The notes under the pieces: model-generated
Databases searched by the model: none
Told to the model about the DNA's origin: nothing
What the model saw: only the letters and a program-made list of their open reading frames with translations
From: a virus
Taxonomy: Duplodnaviria > Caudoviricetes
Strand: one strand, 5' to 3'
Virus record (IMG/VR): IMGVR_UViG_3300028886_000055
Span: 64,001-128,000 of that record
DNA length: 64,000 bases
Made by a program: the position numbers and the translations under genes
In this document: positions 1-13,348 of the stretch, one piece after another
Layout of the letters: the number at the start of each line of letters is the position of its first letter
Numbering within the stretch: position 1 is the stretch's first letter

Positions 1-106
1 GAAAGTGCAGCATAAGAATAGGGAGAATTAACTATAAAAAATAAACTCATAGTTAAAAAAGTCAATACTGCACAAGCTAGAAAATGTAATATCTTATCTT
101 TTTGCA

Positions 107-379
107 TTAGCCTATTGAAATTAACCAGCCGCCAAGACCTCCAAAGACAATACCACCAATAAGCATTACTAAGAGTCGTATACTTGTCTCCTTAGTCCAA
201 GATTCACCGTACATAAAACGGCCAAAGAAATAACTTAGAGCAATCGACGTACCTGTAAAAATTCCACTAAAGATACTAGCTCCAAGCAAACCTGCTGTAT
301 TACCTAGCAAAAAAGCAAAAATACCTGCGATTGCTGCAACACAGCTTGTTAAAACAAAATTCCAAAAATAGTCTTTCAT
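107..379 (-). CDS. small membrane protein
   Basis: ORF track; three hydrophobic segments; ATG overlaps the TGA of the upstream gene. Confidence 0.7.
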   Translation of the reverse strand: MKDYFWNFVLTSCVAAIAGIFAFLLGNTAGLLGASIFSGIFTGTSIALSYFFGRFMYGESWTKETSIRLLVMLIGGIVFGGLGGWLISIG

Positions 380-741
380 AATCGTTTAATTTTATTAATA
401 ATCTACCGTATCAAATATCCAATTAAATAAGCAGCTTCTTCACTGCGCTCTGAAACATTATAGTATTCACAAATATGAGACTATACATGTTTCAATTCGT
501 GTACTAAAGTATCAAACCATTGACCCGTACTAGTTACATCACTTATACCTACTACGGAAGTTCTTCTTTTTAAGTTTGAATTAGTTACTCCAGAATTTAT
601 AGAGTTCATGATTTCTATAGCTTCGTTTATACTTTTTTCAGATACTTTAATATTCTTTAATGTGTTTAACATCAAAAGTAATTCTTTTTTGTTCAAGAAA
701 AAATAACATTGCCACTTATTTTGAATATTGATGTAAATCAT
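376..741 (-). CDS. HExxH metallopeptidase-like protein (TAG=Gln read-through)
   Basis: HELKH motif; frame continues through TAGs to a TGA overlapping the next ATG. Confidence 0.65.
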
Positions 742-1133
742 ATCATTTTATCCCATCTTATAACAACACCCTTTCTTGCACAATCTGCTAAGAATCTATT
801 AAACGCAATACCATCGTATCCATCTTCATCATCTAAATAGTCTTTAACAAATTTGGCTAAAGCGTTATCTGTAGTAATACTTGATCCAAAAAAATCAGCT
901 TTTGCCATATTGATTACATACAAAGCATCATATAATATATCATTTTCTATCTCTACTTGAGCATTCTTTAAAATAGTTTCCATCTATTCTTCAGAAATCG
1001 CTTGAAGTTTTTTACCATCTTTTTTCATTTTGCCTATAGCAAATTGAGCTAAAGATTTGCTGAAATGAGGACCGTTATATCTTAAATAGTTAATCATTTC
1101 AGCAGGCATAATATCAAACTAAGTTAAATCCAT
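738..1133 (-). CDS. conserved Bacteroidetes phage hypothetical protein (recoded)
   Basis: MDLTQFDIMPAEMINYLRYNGPHFSK... joins ORF 738..983 across two TAGs. Confidence 0.7.
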
Positions 1134-1184
1134 ATCAATAAAGAAAATAAAAAGGAGGGAGAGCAATCTCCCTCCCTAAAATTA

Positions 1185-1370
1185 TTAATAATCAAATCTT
1201 CCTCTGTAATTTGATTTACGATTTATACGGTAGTTTCTACGTTCATTCATTTCAAGATCTTCTGCATTTTCAAGCTCCTCCATAACTTCACATAGAAGCG
1301 TCTTGGCCTCATGCAATTTTTGCATCAAGTATTCATCATTTTTACGATATTGTTCTACTAAGTATCCCAT
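1185..1370 (-). CDS. hypothetical protein
   Basis: ORF track; followed by hairpin 1152-1178. Confidence 0.6.
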   Translation of the reverse strand: MGYLVEQYRKNDEYLMQKLHEAKTLLCEVMEELENAEDLEMNERRNYRINRKSNYRGRFDY

Positions 1371-1373
1371 ATT

Positions 1374-1850
1374 TTAAATATTATTTTTATTAGACAAGAG
1401 CTTTTCAATATTAGACAATGACTATGCCATATTACTAATCTAGCTCTTTAATTCTTCATTTTGCTATTTTAAATCATTAATTTCTTCTTGTTGCTTTTGT
1501 TCTTTTGCATAAGCAGAATCATATTCTTTTAAAATAGCATCACAATCTTCAATATTCTATTTATAATAATCAAAGTTGTTAACAATGTTTTCAGAATTAG
1601 CTTTTATTTTACGTACTTCATTTAAAGCATCATTCTTATTCTCAGTAATAATTAAAGATCCACTATTAGCAATATTTTGATTATAGGGTAATTTGTTTAA
1701 TTCATACTCCTTATCATCTACCTTCACCTTCATATCCATTGTCCCCGCATAGTTTGGTTTATTGTCAATGATTTTGCCTACCTTTAGAGTTAGGTGATCA
1801 GTTTGCTCTAAAACATATACGGAATTCCCTTGTCTTAAATTAGAAAACAT
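1374..1850 (-). CDS. coiled-coil hypothetical protein (recoded)
   Basis: MFSNLRQGNSVYVL... open to TAA at 1374 if TAG=Gln. Confidence 0.65.
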
Positions 1851-1851
1851 A

Positions 1852-2673
1852 TTATGCTCCAGTAGTTGGCGTATCTGTAGTTGTTGCGCCAGATAGCCGA
1901 TTGGCCCAATAACTGGCAATAAAATCTGCACCTGCGTTAGCTATCAAAGTGGGAACAGCAGTAAATTGATTGTTAGGTAAAGTGATTGTAGGTGGCTGAC
2001 ATCTCTTAATAGATTCAACTTCATTAGTTAAATTAACAAGTGAACCCATAACAGGAGCCAATGCCTAACTTAAAGCTGCAGTAGTAAAGTTCTATGATTC
2101 TAATTGAGCAACCTTAGCAGTCAATGCTGTGATTTCACGATCTTTACGAGCATCTTCAACCTAATCAATCTTGTTAAGTAAAGTATTTGTTTGATTACAA
2201 ATGTTTAAAGCATCATCTTTAGCATTCATTGCCAATGTAGTATTTACACTAGAGAAACCTTGGCAAAGCTGCTATTGAAGTGCCATATTGCCTTGCTGCA
2301 TAGCGTTAATAATCTGAAGTGGAGTCATACCTAATTGAGTAGACATATTGCAAAGCTGAGTACTAACAGCAGTAATAGCAGTATTAAGTTGATTATAATC
2401 AGCATTCAAAATGCTAGCGAGTTGATTAATGGATTGCTGCTACAACTCGCCTTTACTAGTAATAGCCTACATAATTAAATCATTTGTGTTATTATTTCCA
2501 CCACCAAACAAACCATTGCCATTGTTGTTGACAAGAGCACCAAGGATAAAACCAATAAGGCCACCACCCCAGCCACTCATACCGCCCCAGCCACGATTAC
2601 CGCTTAAGGCTAGCAAGGTTGCAAGATCATTATTACCGTTTTCTGGAAAGCTGAATACTTTTGTATCATCTAT
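1852..2673 (-). CDS. Gly/Asn-rich, Gln-rich coiled-coil protein (recoded; start uncertain)
   Basis: continuous frame DDTKVFSFPENGNN...GWGGGLIGFILGAL...; no in-frame ATG at the apparent 5' end (ATA). Confidence 0.65.
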
Positions 2674-2993
2674 AAAAATTAAAGTTTTAAAAATTAAACA
2701 CGATTAGATTCTAACGAATCCTTTAAATCTTATCATAATAAAAGATTATCTAAAATAAACCTTAGAGGTTGTATTATTTTTAAATACTTATTATCTATCT
2801 ATTTAGTATAAATTTAGTCATCTTTATTTAATAATACAAACAATTCTTAAACATTTTTAAAAAATACAATATTTTATATTATAAACTTGAAACATACTGT
2901 GTTGAAATCTAATAAAGCTAATTATTAAATCTTCAACACAGTATAAAAATAATTGTTTTATATTAAATTTTAGATTGGTAAATTTTATTTATG

Positions 2994-5171
2994 TTAAACG
3001 TCTGCAATATTAGTAATTTCCCAAGGATAGATAACTCCATATACGGCGGCTTTCTAACACTAAATTCGATTAGCAGTCGTTACTGATTCACCATTATTCT
3101 AAGAACCATCAGTTATTCCAGAAATATCAATTTCTGAATTATCGTTATATATAGAAATTCCAGTAAAAGGATAAATCAAAGCTGTGTATAGAGCACATGC
3201 TGCAACATACCTACCAACACCGACTGATAAATGTTTATTATCATAAGTGTAACTATTACTAGTAAGTGATCTAATATTTTCAACAGCTGTGCCACTACCA
3301 ATTATCGTTAATCTAAGATCCTATTGTAATTTTCTATTAACATTGCGTATACCTTCCCACATTTCAGATTGTGTAGGATATGGCCACGTCATATTAAAAT
3401 ATAATTTAACGTTTCTGTTAGTACAACATTCATGAACTTTATTTATAAGCATTAGTATATAGGGCTAATAAGTACTATAGTCAGCACTATCACTAGATAA
3501 TTGCTAAAATACTATTATATCCCACGGCTAAGTAATTATTTCTGTAAGCGTTCCATTACCAAATAAAGTTCCAGAATTTACTCCAGATTTTAATGCGTAA
3601 GAATCGTTAAGGTGTGTAGCATAATGTTGTAAAGAAGCACTTGATGTATAAATATACTATAAAGAAACATTATTTACACCTAAGTTATTACATATACTTT
3701 GTAAATATGAACAGGAATGTTCTGTAAAGGAATTACCGATTATTAAAACATGTTTTTCTTTAGTATCATTCTATAAAGAATTTATTTGATCCTATACTCG
3801 GTTCTACTTAATACGAAATCCGTCTATTCCTGATGCAGCAAGTTTAATTTCTATTGTGTTATTATCTTTTGTGTAATACCTAAAATATTTAGCTTCTTCA
3901 GGAATAATGTACAGATAATTATTTTGATTTGAATATTTTATACCAGAAATAAAAGTTTTACTCGCATTGTAAAATGCCATACCGACACCTGTGCCAGAAA
4001 AACTTGTACTTAATGTTAAAGATTTAATATTTTCTGTAGGTAAAAAGTTACTTATAGCAACATTACTTGAACTAGTATAAGCTTTCCCATCGATACAATT
4101 AACATAATATCCTGGAATTACACAATCGTCTTCAGTATACACTTTAGAATACGTAAATTCATTTAATATAGAATTAGTTGCATCTTTTATTTCTTCAATG
4201 TAATTTGGTAAATGTTCTATTAAAGTGTCAGTAGAAGTAGATACAGAACTAACTACAAGATATTTACCAGTATAATCTGTAAGAGTTGTAGTATACGTAT
4301 TAGTATCACCTTTATCACTATTAGCAGGAATTAACCCAGTAATCTAATCTATACTTTCAGCAAAAGATAAAATTTGAGTTGCTGTATTATTTGTTTTTGT
4401 GATATTAACAGATATAGTTCCACCGCTAACTTTATAAAATTTTACAACACCACCTTGAATACTTGACGCTATTGCTCCTGAACTATTCACGTAACTAGTC
4501 GAAAGCGTTAATTCAGGCTATAACGTTTTATCACAGTCTCCAAATTTTTCATTTAGAACTTTACCCATTTCTGCAGATAACACATTGGTACTTCCACCGT
4601 CTGTTAAATTGTTTACTAAAGTAGTTTGATTTAATGAAACGCCATCATTTCCGTTTTTAACATTAAGTGTTGTAGTTGTACCATTTGTCTCAGTAATGGT
4701 TATTACGTTATTAGCTCCACTTGCAGTATTCTAAGTTATTGAAATATTAGCAATTTCGTTAATAGTCTAGAATTTATTATCAGCTTCTGATTTAGTATAT
4801 ACATCATTATTTTCGGCAAACATTTTTTCTGTTTTAGTAACAGACCAATTACTTGAAGCGTATGTAAATTCGTAAATATCATATCCAGTATCTTTTGGTA
4901 TGTATATGGTTAACTTGTTAGTAGTATTATTTACTATAGTTGCCGTTATCTATTTATTTCCATCTTGTACAATTATTGATTTATCAGCTGCATTCTTTAA
5001 ATTAGTACATATACTATTTAAAGTACCTTGGACAAATTCCTGATTTGAAGCAGCATTATTTATTATCGAAAAGTTTTCTGAAGATATTTTATAAATCTAA
5101 GGAGTATCTTCTTTTCTAACAAACTTTGCGCTAATATTCTACCAAATGTCATATAACTCTTGATACTTCAT
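2994..5171 (-). CDS. tail-associated protein with C-terminal SGNH/DUF4886-like esterase domain (recoded)
   Basis: 726 codons with TAG=Gln; VLIIGNSF block-I motif and D-x-x-H near the C-terminus. Confidence 0.7.
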
Positions 5172-7732
5172 GAGCAAATATTATTTATTTGTGTTGTAGT
5201 CAAAGAATCTTCGGAAGTGCCTATCCAACCTGTACCATTCCACCAAACAGGTATATTTAAAGTAGTATCAAATGCAGACTAACCTTTTGTTAGAGGTCCT
5301 ATGCTTGCATTTAATGTACTTAAACCTTGTGTAGTATTAATTAGGTACTAAAGTATCCATCCTTGTGAAGTCTTAATTATAGGATAAGCAAGATTGTTTG
5401 ATACAGTAATCAACCCTATAGCACCTAATGATGCATTTGAAGGTAATTCACTAATTTTATTATAAACCTTAGTTCCGAGTATGTATGGACTTCCTAATCT
5501 AGTTATATCTTTACCTAAAGCACCCCCATCAGATGTAAATACTTGTTTATTATATCTTTTATTAAATTGACCTTCTATGCTAAATTTAAAGGTTTCCTTT
5601 GGACTAGAACTAATGTCTACGGTTTGTTTTAGATTAGAAAAAGTTAATGTTATACATTTTACTCTACGTCCTGAACTAATCTAATCATACGTCCCAGTAG
5701 TCGAATTAAATATATTAGGTCTAAAAAAGAATGGTAAAATTATATCCCAAAGTCCTGCTCCATTTTTCCTACTTAACTATGTATAACTACCGTTAAATAA
5801 TATTTCATGCCAACGGTGTCCATTTGTATCTATTTTTTCATATTCTAAATCTAATTTTAGATTTTCGAAATAAGTATATTTAACACCTTTTAAATGTATA
5901 GCTAAAAACTATAATTTTTTTTGGGAATTACTTGGAAATTGTATTTCCACTTTAAGTTCCCCACCATTAGTTGAAGTATCATTCCATTTGAATACCATTC
6001 CGTTTTTATCAAATGGACTCGTGTTAGGTACAACAATACTATCATTACCAGTCAGAGGTTTAAAATTATCACTATAATAAGTATTTATCGTATATCCATT
6101 TTCTACAGAATCTAAAGATAATAAATCATTATCAATAGTATGTATATAATCAAAGGTAGAATTATTAGCATTTGAAGCAGATAAAGCGTTTTTATCATAT
6201 TTACCAAAACTTCCAGCTGTAGCATAGTCTCCAGATGCGATTATTGCAGCAGCTGCTAATACATTTGTATCCCAATCAGTATTACTTTCAAATGTAGGTT
6301 CTTCATGATTAGCGGTTTCATCCCATATCCTATTTCTAGGAAATATTCTTTGTAAGCCACTATTATTATAAGGATCGTTTAATAATGGTAATATTCTATT
6401 ACCAAAACTTATATTTTTGCTAGGTTTTATATTTAATATATTTATATTATCAATATCCCAAATAAAAGGATTAAGATAGCATCCTTCTAAATCACCCTAA
6501 ATAACAGCCTCTGAGAAACCTTTTTGACTATTGATTTGTCTTGTTTGTATTATCGGAGTAATACTTCCACCTCCGAATGCCTAAGATGGTGCATAAATAT
6601 ATCTAAGACAATTGTCAAAATATCCACTTAAATCAAGGCTTGTTACATTAGCTCTAACATCATCATAATCACAGCAAAAACCGTGTCCAAATCCATATAC
6701 CTTACAATCAATTTTACCTAAAAAGAATGTACCCCTAGTACCAATAAGACCACGTTCATCATCCTTTTTCCACATAGTCTCAGGTTCACTAGTATTTTCT
6801 TTTATACGTATACCATAACCTTTATATCCATTGTTAATTTCCTATTTTGTAGGTACATGCAATTCATAATATCCGGTTTTATTCCAATTGTTTGGATTTG
6901 TACTATGTACTCCTCCAATCACACCGTTTAATGATGTATGTAATCTAATATCAGATCTACTTCTAGGACAAAGTAATATTGCAGCTTTATTATATTCCGG
7001 GCATCTTACTATATTGAACATGCCTCCATCGATTACAGTAGTATAATTAGCACCAGTAGTGTTTGGACTATACTCAAATGTAAATTTATCACTTAATATA
7101 TAAAGCATTAATAGATTTTCATTCTAATCTGTCCAAATTACTGTAGTACTACCATAACGAAAAACTTTATAATATCCTCCTTCACCTGCTAACTTTAAAA
7201 CTTTAGCTCTATCCATATATAATAAAGCACGATCATGATTAGGTCTATCAACAGCATCCGCTACATAATACATTCCTGGTAAAAAATGTATTTCATAGAA
7301 AGGAGAATCTAAAGCTGCCTAAATAGCAGCACGAGAATTTGTAAAGTTGTGCTCTTCTAAATCAGAACCTGTATCTTTAACTTCAGCTACAGCTCCCCAC
7401 CATTCTGGATAAGCAACATCATTAATGAATGTACCTTCCATTATAATATTTTCATCAAATATTTGAATAGGTCTAGCTTGTATAAAAGTTCGATTACCTC
7501 TTAAAACTCCTGATAATTTACCGTTACAAAAAAATAAAGTACAATTTGCAGGCATTGTAAAGTCGTCTTCTATCTCAAAATCATTATAAATTACATAATT
7601 CATATTCTCTTCTGTAACCTATTCTGAAAATAGAATGTTTTTACGCAAGACTCTATAATTTTCGCTTTTTACTAAGTTCTCATATTTCTCAGAAGTTTTA
7701 TCCCATAAATTTATTAATTCTTGTTGTGTCAT
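5168..7732 (-). CDS. tail fibre/spike protein (recoded)
   Basis: ORFs 7319..7603, 6842..7108 and 6581..6775 share one frame; YPEWWGA and C-terminal FDTTLNIPVWWNGTGW motifs. Confidence 0.75.
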
Positions 7733-7980
7733 GTACAAATCCTATTAAAATCTTCACGAGTTAATACACTCCCTTCTATCTATATATTGTCAATTCTTGT
7801 GTTGACATTATTAATCTAGTTTGTAATATTATTAAGTTCATTTCTAATATCAGGTGGAACCGCTGATGATGAACCCTGAAATTTGTTCTTAAGTATCTAT
7901 AACTCTTCTTTAATAAAAGCAATGTCTATTGTATTGCGAGTTATTTGTACAAAGCTTCGAAATATATTTTTAAAGCTCAT
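7729..7980 (-). CDS. hypothetical structural-region protein (recoded)
   Basis: open frame with TAG=Gln; TGA overlaps the next ATG. Confidence 0.5.
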
Positions 7981-8082
7981 TGTTAGTATTTTATAAAGTT
8001 AAGATCATATATCCTATTTTTAAACCAATAGTATTAACTATAATTTGAGTTAAACTATTAAATAGGTCTTTAAGATTAATAA

Positions 8083-9672
8083 TTAATGATTAGGATTTAT
8101 GTGAATAATCGGTTCATTATCTATATCAGAACACTGTGGCTATGCACTGCCTGTAGTACATTTTTGCCCTGTATTTAGACTTATTGTATACAAATTAAAC
8201 AATGTTTCTTCACCATCCTATTTAAATTCTGCCTAATATATCGTTTTGTCCCATACAACAGATCCTGTAATTAAGTCCCCATATGCAATATTTAACGGAA
8301 TGTAGATATTTGAAATATTAGTATATGGATTAGTGATTACTAATTGTGGCTATAATCCAACACTAATCAGAAAATACAAATCTCGAATATCCGCTGATTC
8401 TAGAACATTTACAATTTGCGGAATTATATCGACATACTTATAAGCATTCGTAGAATTAAATAAAACAAAACACTTATGTGTATTATCGTAATAAATACTA
8501 TTATTTCGTAAATTTATCTCATTTAAATTTTTATTAGAATCACTATAATAAACCTAATCTATATATAAATCCCGCTTATCTAACAGTTCATTTATTATAG
8601 CATTTACAATTGCTATATCTACTTCATCTACATTATGATAGTTACATCTTTCTTTTAATTTTTCCATCATAAATGTTTCTATAAGAATTGGAAAATAATA
8701 AATTTCAGATTCACTAGTCTGATCTGTTATATGCTGATACTAATTTAAATCATCAAAATACTTATGGTAACCTTCAGTAATTTCGATTCTAACGTATTTT
8801 CCTACATTATCTAATAAATCATTAACAGAACTCGTCATACCAGTTGATATACGATTTCCGTTTGCATCGCATTCCTTTCCATCCATAATACCAATTACAA
8901 ACAAAAGATCTACAACATCTGATTTTAAATAGTTGTATTTTTTTGTAAAACCGTATTCATAATTAGTATGATACTTTGCATATAAAGTATTTTTAGACAA
9001 AGAATTTGGTAATTGTTCAACGAAATTAATACCTTTTGTCTATATATTTATTGGAATGCTTATAGTTTCATCTTGACTTGGAACTAAACTTTCTTCAAAT
9101 TCTAAACGTAGGTTAATATTTTCTCCACCACCGATATTGCCTAAGTCAACGATTCCGTTAACTGCATTATGAGCTATGCCATTAATTTTTACTGTTTTTG
9201 CATACTCACTTAAAATACCATTTAGTTCTTCACGAGATATACCTTGACCAATACTCTCAAGTAGTTCATCTAAATGATCTTTCCAATCAGCAAATAATCT
9301 TTCAAATAAAGTACTTAATCCATCAAAATCTATATTATTAAAATATTCAGTAATTAGACCATTTATATAAGTTTCTAATTCAGAAAAGTCAGTTAAATGT
9401 GTTTTAAGATAGTTGGTAACTTTTTCAATTAATGCTTGCTAAGCATCATCATTAGTAATATAATTTAAATTTTCTAAATCATTACGAATCTAGTTTAAGA
9501 CGTGTTCTACAGTTTCTTCACTGTCACAACTCATAAGAACAGCAGATGCCAATGTTATATAATATACAACTCTATTCGTGCATTCGTCTACTGGCATTTT
9601 GTAAACAAAGTCACAAGGATTTGGTTTGCACTAAGTTGTTATTTCTGTTTCTTTACAATTACAATTTTTCAT
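8083..9672 (-). CDS. putative structural protein (recoded)
   Basis: 530 codons including ORF 8740..9000. Confidence 0.65.
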
Positions 9673-9679
9673 AGTTTAT

Positions 9680-12013
9680 TTATGGATTTATTTGTGCTTC
9701 TTGAACTTTAATGTCACTTAAATTTTGTGCAGCAGTTGTTGCAGCAACATTATATTTTTCTCCTTCAAATGTTAATTGATAATTTTTCCCAGATATGTTA
9801 TAGACAACACCCTCAGTAACTTCACCTAACACATTGCGATCTGCCAAACCAACTATGATTCCACTAGATAATGCTGAAGCTTTCGTTTTAGGTATTGATT
9901 TAGTTACAGTATATTGTCTATATATTGCAATTTTAACTGATTCGGATGGAATATTGTCAAATATATCTTGTAGTTTTATAGACGAGCCTAAATCCGCACA
10001 ACGCCATGGATAACCATTTTCCCACTATATAGCGTTTCCATCTTCCCCATTAAAACTATAATCATAAGAATTTAATGTTTCAGAAGTATCTCCACGTAGA
10101 GATTTCGTTGCTTTTACTTTTATTGTATTTCCTTCTAATTTTTGCCATGGATAATAAATAGTAAGCATCGATTCTGAATTTGGATCAACAACCTAAGCTG
10201 CTGCAGATCTAAATTTTTTATACTATAAGCTATTACCTCGTGTAGTTAAACATACATAGTAAACATCTTTCCAATCTGGAGCGTTATCTTCGTCTTTAGG
10301 TTCCCAATTATTATTTAAACTGCTTGTAACAACATCAGTTGTTATTTCAGCATAATTCATACTACTAGAAGATATTAATATAGGTTTAGAATATTTTATT
10401 TCTTCGAAAGGTGTATCTGGGTCTTCAGGACTAATTTCACTTTTTTCTAAATCTAGTTTAGTTACACGCCAATTTGTATTAGTTTTAATTAGCAAATACG
10501 TTGAATAAGTATTTAAAGTTAAAGCTTGACTTATAATAGTCTATTCTCCATTAACTATATATTGGAGATTACAATCTTGAGGTTGTAAAACAGTTGCTGT
10601 ATCCTAAGTAACTACAATTATTATCTTATGATATGGTTCGTTTTTAAGAACTATTTCAGCTTCATTTTCAAAGTAGCTACCTTCATTCAATAATAACGTT
10701 GAAAGCATCGCATCGCCGTTAATTTCTGCATTTTGTGCAGTTATTTTTCCAGTAAGTGTAATATCTTCAGCATGGATAGAATCAGCAATAGTTTTGCCTT
10801 TTAAAATAATGTGATCAGAAGTAATAGCCGTAGTGCTATCATTTTCGCCTAACGCTTGTATAAAAGAAGCCCCGTTTTCTCCTTTTACTAAAACTAAAGA
10901 ATTTTGTGCTTCTAGAGTATTCATTACTAACCCAGAAATAACACCAGTTTCTTCATTTTTAAGAGCTGTAATTACAGAATTTGGATCTATGTTTGTTATT
11001 ACAGTATTGTTGTCATCAGTAACTACAACTCTCCAATTTTTCAATGCATTTACATCATTCTTTGCTTGATCTAATGCAGTTCTTATAGAACTTAATGCAG
11101 AATTCTACCAATTCTAAATAACCTCTTTCCAATTATAGATATTGAAATCATCAGATACTGTATCAGTCCAAGGAACTTTTACATAAGCTCTACCTGCACC
11201 ATCGACATTAACAGGATAATTTCTAGCAGTTTCATCTGTAGAATATCCAGTTTTAATACCACCTAATATATTATCACTGGCAATTTGTAGTGTATATTCT
11301 TGATTTTGTCTAGGAATTTCAACACTATCTTCAAGAATTCCGTTTTTAATTAAACTTAATGTTGAACCTGTATAATCTAAATGGATACGGTTTTCAGACT
11401 TTGTTACAAACTATGAAAAATCAGGTAGAGAATCTTTGGTTACATAATGCTCTACTAAATTATTATTTATTTGAGTAATAATATTTTCTAACTCTGTAAT
11501 ACTATCTGGTTTCTATAGCTTAAGGATTAAATTCCAAACATTAGTATCACATACTTGTTCAAAATAAGCTTCTTCGTCTGAACATTTATTTATCCAAGTA
11601 AGTTTAACTATACCTAATGTTGGTGATACACCAGGATCACCTTTGTCTCCTTTAAGACCTTGTGGACCTATATCGCCATCACGGCCATCTTTACCAGGCT
11701 TACCTTGAGGACCAATAGGAGCGCAATAAAATTCACGAGTAAATAATTCGTGACCTTTTCTGTATTTGAAAATAACTTTAGTAAGAATTTCACCATTATT
11801 ATTTTCAGTTACGTATTCAATACCTTCGAGTTCTTGAATACCTAAATTGTATCTAGCAGCTTCTTTTTCCCAATTATGAACAAGCTCTGAAAAATAGTTA
11901 TCTACTTTAAAACATTGTGGTGTTGCACAATTATTCTTAATATCTATCTTCTTATTACAAGAACAATCTTTTTTAGATTGCTAATTTAAATTTATTTTTT
12001 CGTATTCTATCAT
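9680..12013 (-). CDS. tail fibre-like protein with collagen-like repeat (recoded)
   Basis: 778 codons; [28 protein letters not shown]; includes ORFs 10604..11044 and 10223..10495. Confidence 0.7.
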
Positions 12014-12153
12014 AGTTATAATTTAATAGAACTTATAAACTATTATCTAATTCAATTTTAAGTATCTTATTCATAGTATCCTAATAGCAAAAATCCTAGT
12101 ATCCATTATTTAATAACTTGCAATAATGTTTAACTTCTGCTATTACCTACTAT

Positions 12154-13047
12154 TTAAGAGCATCCACAGTCTGACTGTTTTTTATTTGAAGTTTCATTAT
12201 TGCAAATCCCATTGCAGGTGCTTATACAATTAAGTAGTTTATTAGCGGTTACATAATCGTTACATTCTAAAGCGTACTTAATTGCATTAATCACCATCCA
12301 TAAATAATCACGAATCTAGATTTGAGTTTGGTCTACATTGCTTTTACACTTCGTTTCATTAAGTGAAGAATTATTACATATATTATAACTATTATTAGAA
12401 CATCCTTTATACTAATCGAACAAATCACTAGCTTTATTTATAAAGCATTTATAAAGGTTACAATATTGAAAGTAATCTTCTTCAATAACTTTAATATTAG
12501 TGCCATAGAGATAACCATCAACGATGTCTCTTGAATTTATTTCATCAAGTAAATCATTAATATCGGTAATCTCCATCCAGTAATATAAACCTGAGCTTCT
12601 ATATGGAGATGGATTAGGTTTTCTGCCTGTAAAACTGAATAATGTACGTGATTTTTCATCAGCAGCTACAATTATTTCAAGTTCATTAGAAATTAGATTT
12701 TCAGGATCATCTTTATGTTTTTCCTAATATTCTAAATCATCAAATCCATCTTCCATACCTAATTTCTTAACAAGATATTGTTTTGTAGGAACTATAAACG
12801 ATAGTACTTTATATCTACCATCAGCTAAGGTTAAATCATAAACCTCACGTTGCTATTTTCCATTAATAATGTGTACAGCTGAATGTTTATCTACAAGAGT
12901 TTCAGTACCATCTACATCAATTTTATAAATTAATGTAAATACACCAGAATCTTCCCAAGTAGGATTGTATAAAGTACTATTTTCAGGATAGTTTGTAATT
13001 GGCATTACTTGAACGCTACAATCACATTTCTACTCAACTATTCTCAT
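12154..13047 (-). CDS. Cys-rich putative virion protein (recoded)
   Basis: 298 codons ending ...STCNGICNN...DCGCS; lies downstream of portal and holin. Confidence 0.65.
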
Positions 13048-13348
13048 CTTTATTATAATCTAAGTTTTTAAAATACTTAACAATTGGCTTAAATACGGTA
13101 TCCCAACTTACTAAACTAGCAATAAAACTATATAATATCACATTTGAGTACTATCCATTATAACATATTATTCCACCTAAAAGCAATCCACATATCACAG
13201 CTATTATACGTTTTACTGCTGTTGAAACACCTTTATTTGGGCCGTTAAGCTAATCTATAGTTTTTATAACTAGGTATGTTAATATGTTAACAGTTAACAT
13301 ATAACCGAAGTCAAAACTACCAAGAAGTAAGTCAATTATTTTTTCCAT
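13034..13348 (-). CDS. putative holin (recoded)
   Basis: about 104 aa, three hydrophobic helices, Met-Met start, two internal TAG. Confidence 0.6.
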
